From the NCBI GenBank assembly GCA_963845565.1, contig CAWJSJ010000002.1, positions 1,984,001 through 2,048,000 on the forward strand: a stretch of DNA of 64,000 nucleotides. The letters run 5' to 3'. The notes below the pieces were generated by a model that was given only the letters and a program-made list of their open reading frames with translations, was not told the origin of the DNA and made no database searches. Position numbers and translations under genes: made by a program. Positions 44,622 to 55,650 of the stretch are shown one piece after another; positions within the stretch are counted from its first letter, which is position 1, and every line of letters starts with the position of its first letter. Source of the stretch: an uncultured Methylomirabilota bacterium (GTDB lineage Bacteria > Methylomirabilota > Methylomirabilia > Methylomirabilales > 2-02-FULL-66-22).

Positions 44622-46439
44622 CTACGCGGGCTTCCCTTTGCGCTTGATGGCCGGTAGGACCTTCTTCCGCAGGCGGAAGGCCTTGGGCGTCACCTCCAGA
44701 AGCTCGTCCTCCCGGAGGAACTCCAGGGCCTGCTCCAGGCTCATGACGCGCGGAGGAATGAGGCGCACGGTGGCCTCGTCTGTCGAGGCCCGCATGTTGG
44801 TCTGTTTCTTTTCCTTGGTGATGTTGACGTCCATGTCGTTGTCACGGGAGTTCTCACCGACGATCATCCCCTCGTACACCTCGTCACCGGGTGCCAGGAA
44901 CATTTCTCCGCGCGCTTGAAGGTGCCCGATGGCATAGGCGGTGGACCGCCCCGGCCGGTCGGCGACGAGGGCGCCCGCGGCTCGGTGCGGGATATCCCCC
45001 TGCCAGGGCTCGTGCCCGTCGTAGAGGTGGTTCATGATCCCGGTACCGCGTGTCTCGGTGAGAAACTCGGTGCGGAAGCCGATCAGGCCGCGGGAGGGCA
45101 GGCGGAATTCCAGGCGGACCCGGCCGCTGCCGTGATTGACCATCTTGGTGATGCGCCCCCGGCGCACGCCGACCTTCTGGGTCACGACCCCGATATACAC
45201 CTCGGGGCAGTCCACCACCAGAAGCTCCATGGGCTCGTGCCGCTCGCCGTTGATCTGCCGGGTCAGCACCTCGGGCTTGCCCGCGGACAGCTCGTAGCCC
45301 TCCCGCCGCATCATCTCGATCAGAATGGCCAGCTGAAGCTCCCCGCGGCCGGAGATCTTGAAGGTGTCGGGGGTCTCTGTCTCTTCCATGCGGATGGAGA
45401 CATTGGAGAGCGTCTCGCGGTAGAGGCGGGCACGCAATTTCGGCGAGGTGACGTGCTGGCCGTCCCGCCCTGACATGGGGGAGTCGTTGATCGAGAACAG
45501 CATGGCGAGCGTGGGTTCGTCCACCTTGATGGGCGGCAGCGGCTGCGGCGTCTCCTTGTCCGAGACCGTCTCGCCGATGTTGGCGGCTTCGACGCCGGCC
45601 AGCGCGACGATGTCGCCCGGGCCCGCCTCTTCGATCTCCAGTCGGCGGAGGCCCTGGGTGCCATAGAGCTGGGTGACCTTCGACACGACCTGGCTGCCGT
45701 CCAGCCGGCAGAGGGTGACCTCCTGCCCCTTGCGCACGCGGCCGTTGAAGATCCGGCCGATGAGCAGGCGCCCCACGTAGTCGTCGTAGTCCAGGGAGGT
45801 GATCAGAAGCTGGAGCGGGGCGGCCGGGTCGAAGGTCGGCGCCGGGATGGTCTCGAGGATCTGGTCGAAGAGGGGAACAAGCGGCTGGTCGGGACCGTCC
45901 GGCGTCGTCCGGCACAACCCCTTGCGCGCATCGCAGTAGAAGACGGGAAAATCCAGCTGCGTCTCGCTGGCGTCCAGGTCGATGAACAGGTCGTAGACCT
46001 CGTCCAGCACCTCGGCCGTGCGGGCATCGGCGCGGTCGATCTTGTTGATCACCACGATGGGGGCCAGCTTGGACTCCAGCGCCTTGCGGAGGACGAAGCG
46101 CGTCTGCGGAAGCGGCCCCTCGCTGGCGTCCACCAGCAGGAGGACGCCGTCCACCATCTTGAGGGTGCGCTCCACCTCGCCGCCAAAGTCGGCGTGCCCG
46201 GGGGTGTCCACGATGTTGATATGGACCCCGCGATAGACGACGGACGTGTTCTTGGCCATGATGGTGATGCCCTTCTCCCGCTCCAGGTCGATGGAGTCCA
46301 TGACCCGCTCCATGACATTCTCGTTGGCGCGGAAGATGCCGCTTTGCCACAGCATGGCGTCCACCAGCGTGGTCTTGCCGTGATCCACGTGGGCGATGAT
46401 GGCGAGGTTGCGAATATCGGTGCGGGTCTCGTGTGACAT
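44622..46439 (-). CDS. typA: Translational GTPase TypA/BipA
   Basis: [56 protein letters not shown]. Confidence 0.96.
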   Translation of the reverse strand: MSHETRTDIRNLAIIAHVDHGKTTLVDAMLWQSGIFRANENVMERVMDSIDLEREKGITIMAKNTSVVYRGVHINIVDTPGHADFGGEVERTLKMVDGVLLLVDASEGPLPQTRFVLRKALESKLAPIVVINKIDRADARTAEVLDEVYDLFIDLDASETQLDFPVFYCDARKGLCRTTPDGPDQPLVPLFDQILETIPAPTFDPAAPLQLLITSLDYDDYVGRLLIGRIFNGRVRKGQEVTLCRLDGSQVVSKVTQLYGTQGLRRLEIEEAGPGDIVALAGVEAANIGETVSDKETPQPLPPIKVDEPTLAMLFSINDSPMSGRDGQHVTSPKLRARLYRETLSNVSIRMEETETPDTFKISGRGELQLAILIEMMRREGYELSAGKPEVLTRQINGERHEPMELLVVDCPEVYIGVVTQKVGVRRGRITKMVNHGSGRVRLEFRLPSRGLIGFRTEFLTETRGTGIMNHLYDGHEPWQGDIPHRAAGALVADRPGRSTAYAIGHLQARGEMFLAPGDEVYEGMIVGENSRDNDMDVNITKEKKQTNMRASTDEATVRLIPPRVMSLEQALEFLREDELLEVTPKAFRLRKKVLPAIKRKGKPA

Positions 46440-46465
46440 CGGGTCCTGCCTCTGTCCTGCCGGAA

Positions 46466-46512
46466 TGCCTCCGGGAAAAGCAAAACGCCGCGAGGGTCTT
46501 GGTCCTCGCGGC
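46466..46512 (-). terminator. Intrinsic terminator inside the typA 5' leader
   Basis: GCCGCGAGG-ACCAAGAC-CCTCGCGGC followed by GTTTTGCTTTT on the minus strand. Confidence 0.65.
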
Positions 46513-46551
46513 ATCATGGTTTGTCGTCTCCTACCGTCGGAACCCGAAAGC

Positions 46552-46580
46552 AGTATAGGCGGATTGGCCGTCAAGGTCAA
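46552..46580 (-). promoter_or_regulatory. sigma70-like promoter upstream of typA
   Basis: TTGACC-17 nt-TATACT on the minus strand. Confidence 0.65.
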
Positions 46581-46602
46581 GGTTACGAAGAGCGGCCGCC
46601 GG

Positions 46603-47913
46603 TCAGAACACGAGCGTCTCGCAGAGGCGGGTGCCGAAGAGCTCCTTGGGGCGGTTGAAGTAGCCGATCTCGACCTGGGGGAACTCGCGGCGGATGGCGC
46701 GGCACACCGCGCGGATGCCGACGCACTTCCCGCGGGCGGGCGGGACGGTGCGGAGATACAGCTCGGGATCGATGCTCAGGTTTCGCATCTGGACCATGTC
46801 GGCGTGCGTCTCGCGGATGAGGCCGAGAAAGGCCTCCAGTTCCTCCTCCCGGTCGGTCACGCCGGGGAAGACGAGGTAGTTGAGCGTGGTGTACAGGCCC
46901 GACTCCTTGGCCACCCGGATGCCCTCCCGGACGTCTTCCCAGCGATAGGAGCGGGGCAGGTAGTACGAGGTGTAGGTCGGCCCCAGCGCGCTGTTGAGGC
47001 TGATCCGCATGCTGTCCAGTCCGGCGCGCGCGATCTGCTCCACTCGGCGGGGGAGGCTGCCGTTGGTGTTGCAGTTGATCGTCCCGCGGTCGGTGGCCTG
47101 CCGGATGCGGCGAGCGGCCTCGGCGATCACGTCGGCCAGCAGGAGCGGCTCGCCCTCGCATCCCTGGCCGAAGCTGACGATGGCCTCGGGCACCGTGGTG
47201 AGGAACGGCAGCGCTACCTCTACCACGTGGTCGGCGGTGGGCGCGTAGCGAATCCGGTCGTGGGAGGAGGCGCAGGCCGTGGACGGCTGCCACGACAGGC
47301 AACCGACGCAGGCCGAGTTGCAGCTATTGGCGACGGGGAGCGGCGCCTCCCAGCGGCCCAGAAAAAGATTCTTGGCCGCCAGGCAGTGGTATTCGGTGGC
47401 GCAGCGGGCGAGCTGGGTGAGGATCGGATTGTCCCCGTGCCCCTTGAGCCGCGCCTTCATCCGGGGCAAGAGCTCCCGGTCGTCGTAGTGCTCCGCGGCG
47501 GAATGGTCCATGGGATCGGTCCGCAGGGCGGCAGCCGCGAAGGCCTCGCCGTCCCAGCCAACGGCGGTGTAGGACCAGAGCGGAAGCGGGGGTTGGCGGG
47601 TGGAATACGCAGCCGCGGGCAGAAGCGTCCTGGTGTACCCCGGAGGAAGGAATGCCGCCACGGTGTTGCAGGCGAAACGCCGACCGCCGATCTGGACGCG
47701 CGGGACCGGGCGAAAGTTCCGCTGCCGCGGATCCCACGCCACCGGCTGGCTTCCGGGCATGCTGAACAGCTTGGTTCCCTCGGGCAAGCGCAGGAGGTCC
47801 TCGGGGGGCACCGGTACCACGTCGGGCCCCGACCGCCCGGCCAGTTCCAGGTAGGGATGGTCGAGAATCTGCCCTTCGGGATCGGCGACGACCAGTCGTG
47901 GGGAAACAGCCAT
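46603..47913 (-). CDS. Radical SAM protein of unknown function
   Basis: CNSACVGC motif, [16 protein letters not shown]. Confidence 0.85.
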   Translation of the reverse strand: MAVSPRLVVADPEGQILDHPYLELAGRSGPDVVPVPPEDLLRLPEGTKLFSMPGSQPVAWDPRQRNFRPVPRVQIGGRRFACNTVAAFLPPGYTRTLLPAAAYSTRQPPLPLWSYTAVGWDGEAFAAAALRTDPMDHSAAEHYDDRELLPRMKARLKGHGDNPILTQLARCATEYHCLAAKNLFLGRWEAPLPVANSCNSACVGCLSWQPSTACASSHDRIRYAPTADHVVEVALPFLTTVPEAIVSFGQGCEGEPLLLADVIAEAARRIRQATDRGTINCNTNGSLPRRVEQIARAGLDSMRISLNSALGPTYTSYYLPRSYRWEDVREGIRVAKESGLYTTLNYLVFPGVTDREEELEAFLGLIRETHADMVQMRNLSIDPELYLRTVPPARGKCVGIRAVCRAIRREFPQVEIGYFNRPKELFGTRLCETLVF

Positions 47914-48150
47914 ACGAGAACTCCACTCGTTACGCAGCGCGGGTCGGTCACCATTCGGGTGGGAGGTCAACCCGCACGGAGTATAGCCCCGCAGGCGCGC
48001 CGCAGCAACTGCAGGACCCGCGCGCGCGGTCCGCGACACCTTGGATTCTCTGCGTCCGGCCGCGGAAAGGGGATTGTGGGGGCGCGGACAGGGTGGTATA
48101 TTTCCGCGACGACGCTCGCGGCACCGGGTGGGATGCCGAGAAGGAGTGTT

Positions 48151-48402
48151 ATGGGCCGCTTACAAGGGAAGCGTTCATCGCCGCGCCTGTCGGACGAGGA
48201 GCTGGAGTATTTCGGCGAGTTGTACCTCAGCCGTGGGATCCGGCAGGCCGGCGTGGCGTTCGAACACTTTCTCGCCGATCCCGAGTACTACCTTGCCAAG
48301 TATCCCGAGAGGGATGCACGTCCCGACGGCAACGGCGACCGGCGCAAGGGGCTCCGACAGTTTTTCCGCCTGCGTCCGGCGACCCGGACCCCATCCCGAT
48401 AA
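48151..48402 (+). CDS. Small hypothetical protein
   Basis: AAGGAG RBS; LSDEELEYFGELY...FEHFLADPEYYL. Confidence 0.55.
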   Translation: MGRLQGKRSSPRLSDEELEYFGELYLSRGIRQAGVAFEHFLADPEYYLAKYPERDARPDGNGDRRKGLRQFFRLRPATRTPSR

Positions 48403-48477
48403 TCCCCACGAGGACGGCGGCGCCTCCTGCGAACGCCTGAAAACTCAACGCCCCTCCGATCCGTACACCCAAAGCGG

Positions 48478-50253
48478 TCACTCATCGCTGCGGGACGGGG
48501 TCCCGCCGGATGCGATTCCTTGTCGCGTTTGCCCGAACAGTTCGGCATGGACCCGCTCGCGCTCGCTGTCGATCTGATCGGGCGTGGCGCCCAACCGGTG
48601 GAGGATGGCTTCCGTCAGCGCCAGGGCCACCTCGCCCTCACCGGAGAAGGCGAGTTCCGCGCCCGCCTGGTGCAGCGCAGCCAGTTCCTGCAGATGCGTC
48701 GCGCGGGCCAGGACCGACACCGTGGGGTTCAACTCACGGGCGAGGCGGATCAGCTCGTCGGCCCCGGATATCGCGGACGCGCTGAGGATCAGACTCCCCG
48801 CCTGGGCGACTCCCGCCGCTTGCAAGACATCCCGCTTCCGCGCGTCGCCGTAGACGGCGGTCAGTCCCTCCTCTCGGACGCGGCGCACCGTCTCGAGATT
48901 CAGCTCCACGATGACCGGCTCGATGGCATTGTCCCGGAGCAGCCGCGCGACGGTTCGTCCGACAGGCCCGTACCCCACGATCACGGCGCGGTGAGGAGCG
49001 CCCGGGGTCGGCCGTTCTTGCCCGGCCGCGTCCGGCTCCTCGCGCGATCGCGCGCGGTGCATGCGGCGCGACCACCACGCGGCTGCGGGCTCGACGAGCC
49101 GGTAGAGGAGCGGGTTGATGGTGATCGAGAGCACGGCGGCGGTCACGATGGCGTGCGTCGCGGCGGCCGGCAGGATGCCCAGTTGCGTTCCCAGCAGGGC
49201 GAGCAGGAACGAGAATTCCCCGATCTGCGCCAGCGCGACCGCGACGGCCAGGGCCAGCCGCACCGGGTAGCGGAGGAGGAGCACGATACCCAGCGCCGCC
49301 AGCGGCTTCCCGATCAGGATCACGGCCAGGGTTCCCGCGAGCAGCGCGGGTGCGTCCAGGAGGTGACCGGGATCCACCAGCATCCCCACGGAGACGAAGA
49401 ACAGGACGGCGAAGGCGTCGCGCATGGGCAGCGCCTCGGACGCCGCCCGCAGGCTGAAGTCCGACCGTCCGACGACCAGCCCCGCCAGAAACGCCCCCAG
49501 CGCCACCGAGACGCCAAAGACCTTCGCCGATCCCACCGCGATGCCGAGCGCCAGAACCAGGACCGTGAGGGTGAAGAGCTCCCGCGCGCCGGTGGCGGCG
49601 ACGCGCTCGAGCAGCCACGGGATCAGCCGGTCGCCGACCAGCAGTGTGACGACGACCAGCGTTCCGATCAGCAGGGCCGTGCGCCCGACGACGGAGAAGA
49701 TGTGCGCCGGCCCGGTCGCCGCGCCGCCGACCAGAGCGGGCAAGAGGGCGAGGATCACCACCGTGAAGAGGTCCTCGACCACCAGCCAGCCCACCGCCAC
49801 GTGGCCCGTCGGCGTGTGAAGATCGCGATGATCCGCCAGCACGCGGACGAGCACGACCGTGCTCGCCACGGACAGGCACAGACCGAACACGAGGCCGGCC
49901 GTCCAGTCCCAGCCCAGGGCCCGGACGATCAGGGCCGCCGAGCCCGTCGCGACCAGGCTCTGCACCAGTGCACCGGGAATGGCGACGCGCCGAACGGCCC
50001 ACAGTTCGCGCAACTGGAAGTGCAGCCCCACGCCGAACATCAGCAGGATGACGCCGATCTCCGCGAACTGTTCCGCCAGGTGGCGATCTGCGACGAAGCC
50101 CGGCGTGTGTGGCCCGACGACGATGCCGGCCAGCAGATACCCCACGATGGGCGATAGGCCGAGCCGGTGGGTGACATACCCGAGCACGAGCGCGGCCGTC
50201 AGGCTGCCGGTCAGCGTGACGATCAGGTCGAGGTTCGGCATCCGGGACTCCAT
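48478..50253 (-). CDS. CPA2 cation:proton antiporter with TrkA-N domain (YbaL/RosB-like)
   Basis: AEIGVILLMFGVGL, SVASTVV, LAQIGEFSF, IVGYGPVG. Confidence 0.9.
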   Translation of the reverse strand: MESRMPNLDLIVTLTGSLTAALVLGYVTHRLGLSPIVGYLLAGIVVGPHTPGFVADRHLAEQFAEIGVILLMFGVGLHFQLRELWAVRRVAIPGALVQSLVATGSAALIVRALGWDWTAGLVFGLCLSVASTVVLVRVLADHRDLHTPTGHVAVGWLVVEDLFTVVILALLPALVGGAATGPAHIFSVVGRTALLIGTLVVVTLLVGDRLIPWLLERVAATGARELFTLTVLVLALGIAVGSAKVFGVSVALGAFLAGLVVGRSDFSLRAASEALPMRDAFAVLFFVSVGMLVDPGHLLDAPALLAGTLAVILIGKPLAALGIVLLLRYPVRLALAVAVALAQIGEFSFLLALLGTQLGILPAAATHAIVTAAVLSITINPLLYRLVEPAAAWWSRRMHRARSREEPDAAGQERPTPGAPHRAVIVGYGPVGRTVARLLRDNAIEPVIVELNLETVRRVREEGLTAVYGDARKRDVLQAAGVAQAGSLILSASAISGADELIRLARELNPTVSVLARATHLQELAALHQAGAELAFSGEGEVALALTEAILHRLGATPDQIDSERERVHAELFGQTRQGIASGGTPSRSDE

Positions 50254-50618
50254 TGAAGGGCCATCACGTGGTCACGAAGAATCATTGTAGCCTCCGATGA
50301 CGGATCACGAAAGAGGGAGGGAGCCGTTGTGCTAGCCACTCTGGCCCGGCGGCCTCGGCCCTCGGCGTCTTGACACGGCAGGGCGTTCGGCGTAGCGTTT
50401 GATCCTGATCCGGAAAACAGCGCCAGTTTTCCAAGAAACGACGAGCTGGACGGTGAAGCAGTTTTCTTGGATCAGAGTGGATTCCAGCGGGAAAGCTACA
50501 TGGGCAGCAGAGACCGACCGCACCCGGACGAGATGTTGCAGCATTCGACGAGCACGAGGGAAGGGATCAGATAGTCAGGGGCTGCCGTCGCAGGGCGTTG
50601 TTAGCATATATTTCAGGC

Positions 50619-50665
50619 TCTAACCCGGACCACTTGTGACGTGTTTATGGATAGTCCGGGTTAGA
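50619..50665. mobile_element. 47-bp inverted-repeat scar (IS-end-like)
   Basis: TCTAACCCGGAC ... GTCCGGGTTAGA. Confidence 0.45.
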
Positions 50666-51163
50666 AGTCTCCGGGTGTCTTGAGGAGACCGTTTCCAGCG
50701 GAAAGGCGAATGGAGTCACGGAGCCTTCGTCCGGAGGACACGGCTGGCAATCACCTCCTACTGCGCGCCGACACGTACGCAGGGAGGGTGGAGGCAGAGG
50801 CAAGCAGAGTGAGGAAACGGGCGATGCAGTAAGAAGGCAATTCCGGAGGACGGTTCCAGGACCGATACCCAGCCGCTCCGGAGCGCTTCGGGATCGTGAC
50901 CTGCCCCCGTTCTGTCACCACAGCCTTCATGAATACCTCCTCCTAAACGCTGTTACAGGTGTGGATTCTGTTCCGCGGATGCATACTATGCAATACATAT
51001 CTCATCACAGTGAAAGTTCCTGCCGTCTATCGGACTCGACACTCCAAACCATTCAAGCGATAATGGCAATCGCGCAGGGCCGCACGGGCGACGGGGAAAA
51101 GGATTCCAGTCGTTCCCGCGCACACGGGAGAGTTCGCAGGGCAGTCTCGAGGCGGAAAAGCGA

Positions 51164-53412
51164 ATGCCTTCCCACGGTTCATCCGCCGGCTCAGGCGGAG
51201 GCAATCATCTCCAGCTACGGGCCGATGCGTACGCGACGATCGAGGGGGCGGTCGCCCGCATCACCTATGTGAGCGAGGAGACGCAGTACGTCGTCGCCCG
51301 CCTGGATGTCCCCGGCAGGCCCGACCCCGTCACCATCGTCGGCACCGTCCTGAGTCTCACCCCCGGGGAGACGCTCCGCGTCCACGGGCGGTGGTCCCAC
51401 CACCCGAAATTCGGCGAGCAGTTCAAGGTCGAGCGGTACGAATCCATCGTCCCCGCCACCGTCGCCGGCATCCAGAAGTACCTCGGCTCCGGCATGATCA
51501 AGGGGATCGGGCCCGTCTTCGCGAAGCGGCTGGTCGAGGCCTTCGGCGAGGAGACGCTCAGGATCATCGAGGAGACGCCCGGAAGGCTGGGCGAGATCGC
51601 AGGCATCGGGCCGATCCGGCAGCAGCGCATCACGACCGCCTGGGCGGAGCAGCGCGAGATCCGCGAGGTGATGCTCTTCCTCCAGGGGCACGGCGTCTCC
51701 CCGGCGTATGCGGTCAAGATCTTCAAGACCTACGGCCAGGCGGCCATCGCCACGGTCCGGGAGAATCCGTACCGGCTCGCCCGGGACATCCGGGGGATCG
51801 GGTTCAAGACGGCGGACAAGATCGCGCGCGAGCTGGGGATTCCCACGGATTCGCCGCTCCGCGCCGCCGCGGGCATCCTGCACACGCTGAACGAGCTGAC
51901 CGATGAAGGCCACGTCTATGTGCCGGAGGGGGAGTTACTGCATGCGGCGGAGGAGACGCTCGAGATCCCGGCGGCTCTCCTGCCGGATGCCCTTGCCGCC
52001 CTGGCCGCCGACGAGGCGGTGGTCGTCGAGCCGCTCCCCGCGCGGGCCGCGCGGTGTACCTCGCCGGGCTCCACGTGTCCGAGACCCAGCTCGCGCGTCG
52101 GGTCGAAGATCTCCTCCGGGCGCCCCGCACGGTGCCGCCGATCGACATGGATCAAGCGCTGCCCTGGGTCGAGGAGAAGACCGGGCTTGCCTTGACCGAG
52201 GAACAGCGCCAGGCGGTCCGGCTGGCATTCCAGGAGAAGCTGCTCATCCTCACGGGCGGCCCCGGAACGGGGAAGACGACGATTCTTCAGGCGGTGATCC
52301 GGCTCCTGGAGGCGAAACGGCTCCGGATGCATCTCGCCTCGCCCACGGGGCGCGCCGCGAAGCGGCTGGCCGAGGTGACCGGGCACGAGGCGAGCACGCT
52401 CCACCGGCTGCTGGAATGGAATCCGCGCCAAGGGGGGTTCCAGCGGAATGCCCGGAATCCGCTCGAGACGGACGTTGTCGTGGTGGACGAGGCCTCGATG
52501 ATTGACCTCGTGCTCGCACACCACCTGTTCCAGGCGATCCCCCTCACCGCCACGCTCCTCCTGGTGGGCGACGCGGATCAGCTTCCCTCGGTGGGGCCGG
52601 GGACAGTCCTGCGGGACCTCCTGAGTGCGCCAAGCGTCCCGGCCATCCGCCTGACGACGATCTTCCGGCAGGCGGCGCAGAGCCGGATCGTCGCGAACGC
52701 CCATCGGGTGAACCGGGGTGAGTTTCCGGACCTCTCGGCCGCCGGCGCGGGACCCACGCAGGACTTCTTTTTTCTCCCGGAAGAGGAGCCGGAGAAGCTC
52801 CAGCAGCTCATCGTGGACCTGGCACAGCGGCGCCTCCCGGGTCGGTACGGGCTGGATCCCCTGGCCGACATCCAGGTTCTCACCCCCATGCATCGTGGGC
52901 CGATCGGGGCCGGGCAGTTGAACGCGGCCCTCCAGGCGGCATTGAATCCCCCAAAGACGGGGGCCACCGAGCTTCTGCGGGGCGGGCGGATCTTCCGCGC
53001 GGGGGACCGGGTGCTCCAAACCCGGAACAACTACGATCAGGCTGTTTACAACGGCGATCTGGGCCGGATCACCGCCATCGCCCCGACGGACCAGACGGTC
53101 ATGGTGCAGATTGACGACCGGGAGGTGTCATACGATTTCAGCGATCTCGATGAGCTCACCCTGGCCTACGCCATGACCGTCCACAAGAGCCAGGGATCGG
53201 AATACCCCTGCGTGATCCTGGCGATGCACACCACGCACTACCCGATGCTGCAGCGGAATCTTCTCTACACCGCACTCACCCGGGCCAAGCGGCTGCTCGT
53301 GGTCGTCGGCACCAAGAAGGCGATCGCCATCGCCGCGAAGAACGACGCCATCCGCCGCCGGTACTCGCGGCTGACGGAGCGGCTGGATGTCCCGGGCGGA
53401 AACCGTGGCTGA
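51164..53412 (+). CDS. recD2: RecD2-like ATP-dependent helicase; frameshift near 52042
   Basis: YLGSGMIKGIG, ENPYRLA, GGPGTGKTT, VDEASM, GDADQLPSVG, TVHKSQGSEY, YTALTRAK. Confidence 0.92.
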
Positions 53413-53530
53413 CTGGTCGGGCTGCAGGCTGTTCTTGACACCTATGAACCTGCCGGGATAGGATACACCAGTTTTCAAGCTCTTTCTGAACCAGATCATC
53501 ATGGCGGATCCCTGAAAGGAGGGTACTCGA

Positions 53531-53800
53531 ATGCGGAACGGGTTGCGGATGGCGGTGCTCGCGGTGGGGTTGTTTGCGCTCCTGTCGGCCTGCTCGGCGC
53601 GAACGCAGCTGGCCATGGAAGAAACCAAGAAGAACGGCGCGCATTTCGCGACGTGGAACCACATGGGCTATTCGGTGAATCGCGGGACGCCCGAGACGAC
53701 CACGAAGGGCGATATCGCGATCGCCAAGGCGGATCAGTGTCTGCCGTCTCAGACCTGCGCCTGGTGGGGTGAGCCGGTCAAGGTTCAGCCGATCCAGTAG
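53531..53800 (+). CDS. Small lipoprotein of unknown function
   Basis: LLSAC lipobox, AAGGAGG RBS, TTGACA..TAGGAT promoter upstream, terminator downstream. Confidence 0.75.
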   Translation: MRNGLRMAVLAVGLFALLSACSARTQLAMEETKKNGAHFATWNHMGYSVNRGTPETTTKGDIAIAKADQCLPSQTCAWWGEPVKVQPIQ

Positions 53801-53829
53801 CCGGCGGCCGGAAGCGGCGAGTGAAGTCC

Positions 53830-53863
53830 AGGGGGGAAACCTGAGCCAGGTTTCCCCCCTTTT
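53830..53863 (+). terminator. Intrinsic terminator
   Basis: AGGGGGGAAACCTG-AGC-CAGGTTTCCCCCCT-TTT. Confidence 0.85.
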
Positions 53864-53894
53864 GCATTTGGGGAGGCGGTAGGCGGAGGCGGCC

Positions 53895-55280
53895 ATGCAG
53901 ACGCGAACGGAGCGGGATGCGCTGGGAGAACGGGCGGTTCCAGCGGATGCCTACTACGGCATTCAGACGGCGCGCGCGATGGAGAATTTCCCGATCAGCG
54001 GGCTGCGGGCCCACCCGGCGCTGATCGTCGCCACGACCCAGGTGAAGCTGGCCGCCGCTCAGGCGAACGTGGCGCTCGGCCGGTTGAGCCCGACCATCGG
54101 GAACGCCATCGCGGCGGCGGCGCGGGAGATCATCGGAGGGCGCTGGCACGAGCAGTTTCCGGTGGACGTGTACCAGGCGGGTGCGGGGACCTCTCACAAC
54201 ATGAACGTCAACGAGGTGCTCGCCAACCGGGCGCTGGAACTCCTCGGGGAGCCGCGCGGCCGGTACGCCGTGGTCCACCCCAACGACCACGTCAACATGG
54301 GGCAGTCCACCAACGATGTCTTTCCCACCGCCATGCGGTTGGCCGCCCTGGCCCGGTTGCATTCGCTGCTCCAGGCCCTGGACGGGCTGGAGAGCGCCTT
54401 CCGGGAGCGCAGCCGAGCCTTTGACGGCGTAATGAAGGCCGGGCGGACCCATCTCCAGGACGCTACCCCGATCCGCCTCGGACAGGAGTTCGGCGGCTAT
54501 GCCACGGCGATCGTTGCCCACCTGGCGATCATCGGCGAGGCGCGGCCGACGTTCCGGTCGCTCGGGCTGGGAGGAACGGCGGTGGGCACCGGGCTGAACA
54601 CCCACCCGGATTACCGGCGCCTGGTGACGGCCACGCTGTCCGACCTCACCGGCGAATCGCTGGTGGCCGCCCCCGACCCGTTCGACGCCATGCAAAGCAT
54701 GCGACCGTTTGCGGCGTTGTCCGGGGCCCTTCGCGCCTTGACCCTGGATCTGATCCGGATCTGCAACGACCTCCGCCTACTGGCGTCGGGGCCGCGGACG
54801 GGTCTGGCAGAGATTCTCTTGCCCGCGGTCCAACCCGGCTCCTCCATCATGCCGGGCAAGGTCAACCCGGTGATGGCCGAGATGCTGACCATGGTCTGCT
54901 TCCAGGTGGTCGGCCACGATCTGACGATCGCCATGGCGACGCAAGCTGGACAGTTGGAATTGAACGTCATGATGCCGGTCATCGCCCACGCCCTGCTCCA
55001 ATCGGTGGACATCCTGGCCAGCGGGATCGCCGCATTTACCAGTCGCTGCGTCAGCGGGATTCGGGTGGACGGCGAGCGGTGCCTCCGGTACGCGGAGGAG
55101 ACCGTAGCCTTGGCGACCGCCTTGAGTCCGCGGATCGGGTACGATCGCGCGGCACTCTTGGCAAAGGAGGCGTGGACCAGCGGCCAGACGGTGCGCGAGG
55201 TGGCGCTGAAGCAGGGAATCCTGACGCCGGCGGAGCTCGAAGAGTTGCTCAACCCGCGGCGGATGACGGAGCCGGGGTAG
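53895..55280 (+). CDS. Aspartate ammonia-lyase / class II fumarase family
   Basis: YYGIQTARA, GAGTSHNMN, QSTNDVFPT, GRTHLQDA, GSSIMPGKVNP. Confidence 0.9.
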   Translation: MQTRTERDALGERAVPADAYYGIQTARAMENFPISGLRAHPALIVATTQVKLAAAQANVALGRLSPTIGNAIAAAAREIIGGRWHEQFPVDVYQAGAGTSHNMNVNEVLANRALELLGEPRGRYAVVHPNDHVNMGQSTNDVFPTAMRLAALARLHSLLQALDGLESAFRERSRAFDGVMKAGRTHLQDATPIRLGQEFGGYATAIVAHLAIIGEARPTFRSLGLGGTAVGTGLNTHPDYRRLVTATLSDLTGESLVAAPDPFDAMQSMRPFAALSGALRALTLDLIRICNDLRLLASGPRTGLAEILLPAVQPGSSIMPGKVNPVMAEMLTMVCFQVVGHDLTIAMATQAGQLELNVMMPVIAHALLQSVDILASGIAAFTSRCVSGIRVDGERCLRYAEETVALATALSPRIGYDRAALLAKEAWTSGQTVREVALKQGILTPAELEELLNPRRMTEPG

Positions 55281-55650
55281 ACAGAGGAGCAGAGAGCTGA
55301 AGTACAGCTGGCAGCGGGCAGCCAGCAGAAGGCAGCGACCAGAGGGGTAAGAGGGCGGATGGCGTTAGGCGTGAGACGTTAGGTGTGGGTGGGAGGTGGC
55401 ACAGGGACAAGCGTAGACGACAGACGACCTATCCTTTCTTCCTCCAGGCTGCTTTCGCTCTGGTATCCGTGCCACTCCTCGCTTGGCCCTCCCGGATCAA
55501 CGAGACCTCGGTGAAACCCTCAGGCAACCGGGCCTTCTGTGGGCCTGGTGCCTCACGTGCTGAAACGTTCGGGTTGAAGCGGCCCGGTTAGGCTGGTAGC
55601 ATCCTTCTCGACGAGCGGGTGTCGGCGGAGGGCGGTCGCGACGTGACACG

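Noticed and set aside
50400..50585. 6S RNA
   Set aside because: Length is suggestive but end-to-end rod pairing with a central bubble could not be built
55500..55595. Glycine-riboswitch-like CTCAGG segment and AACCGGGCC/GGCCCGGTT hairpin
   Set aside because: Other conserved aptamer elements (GGAGA, CCGAAG) are absent and the downstream gene is unrelated
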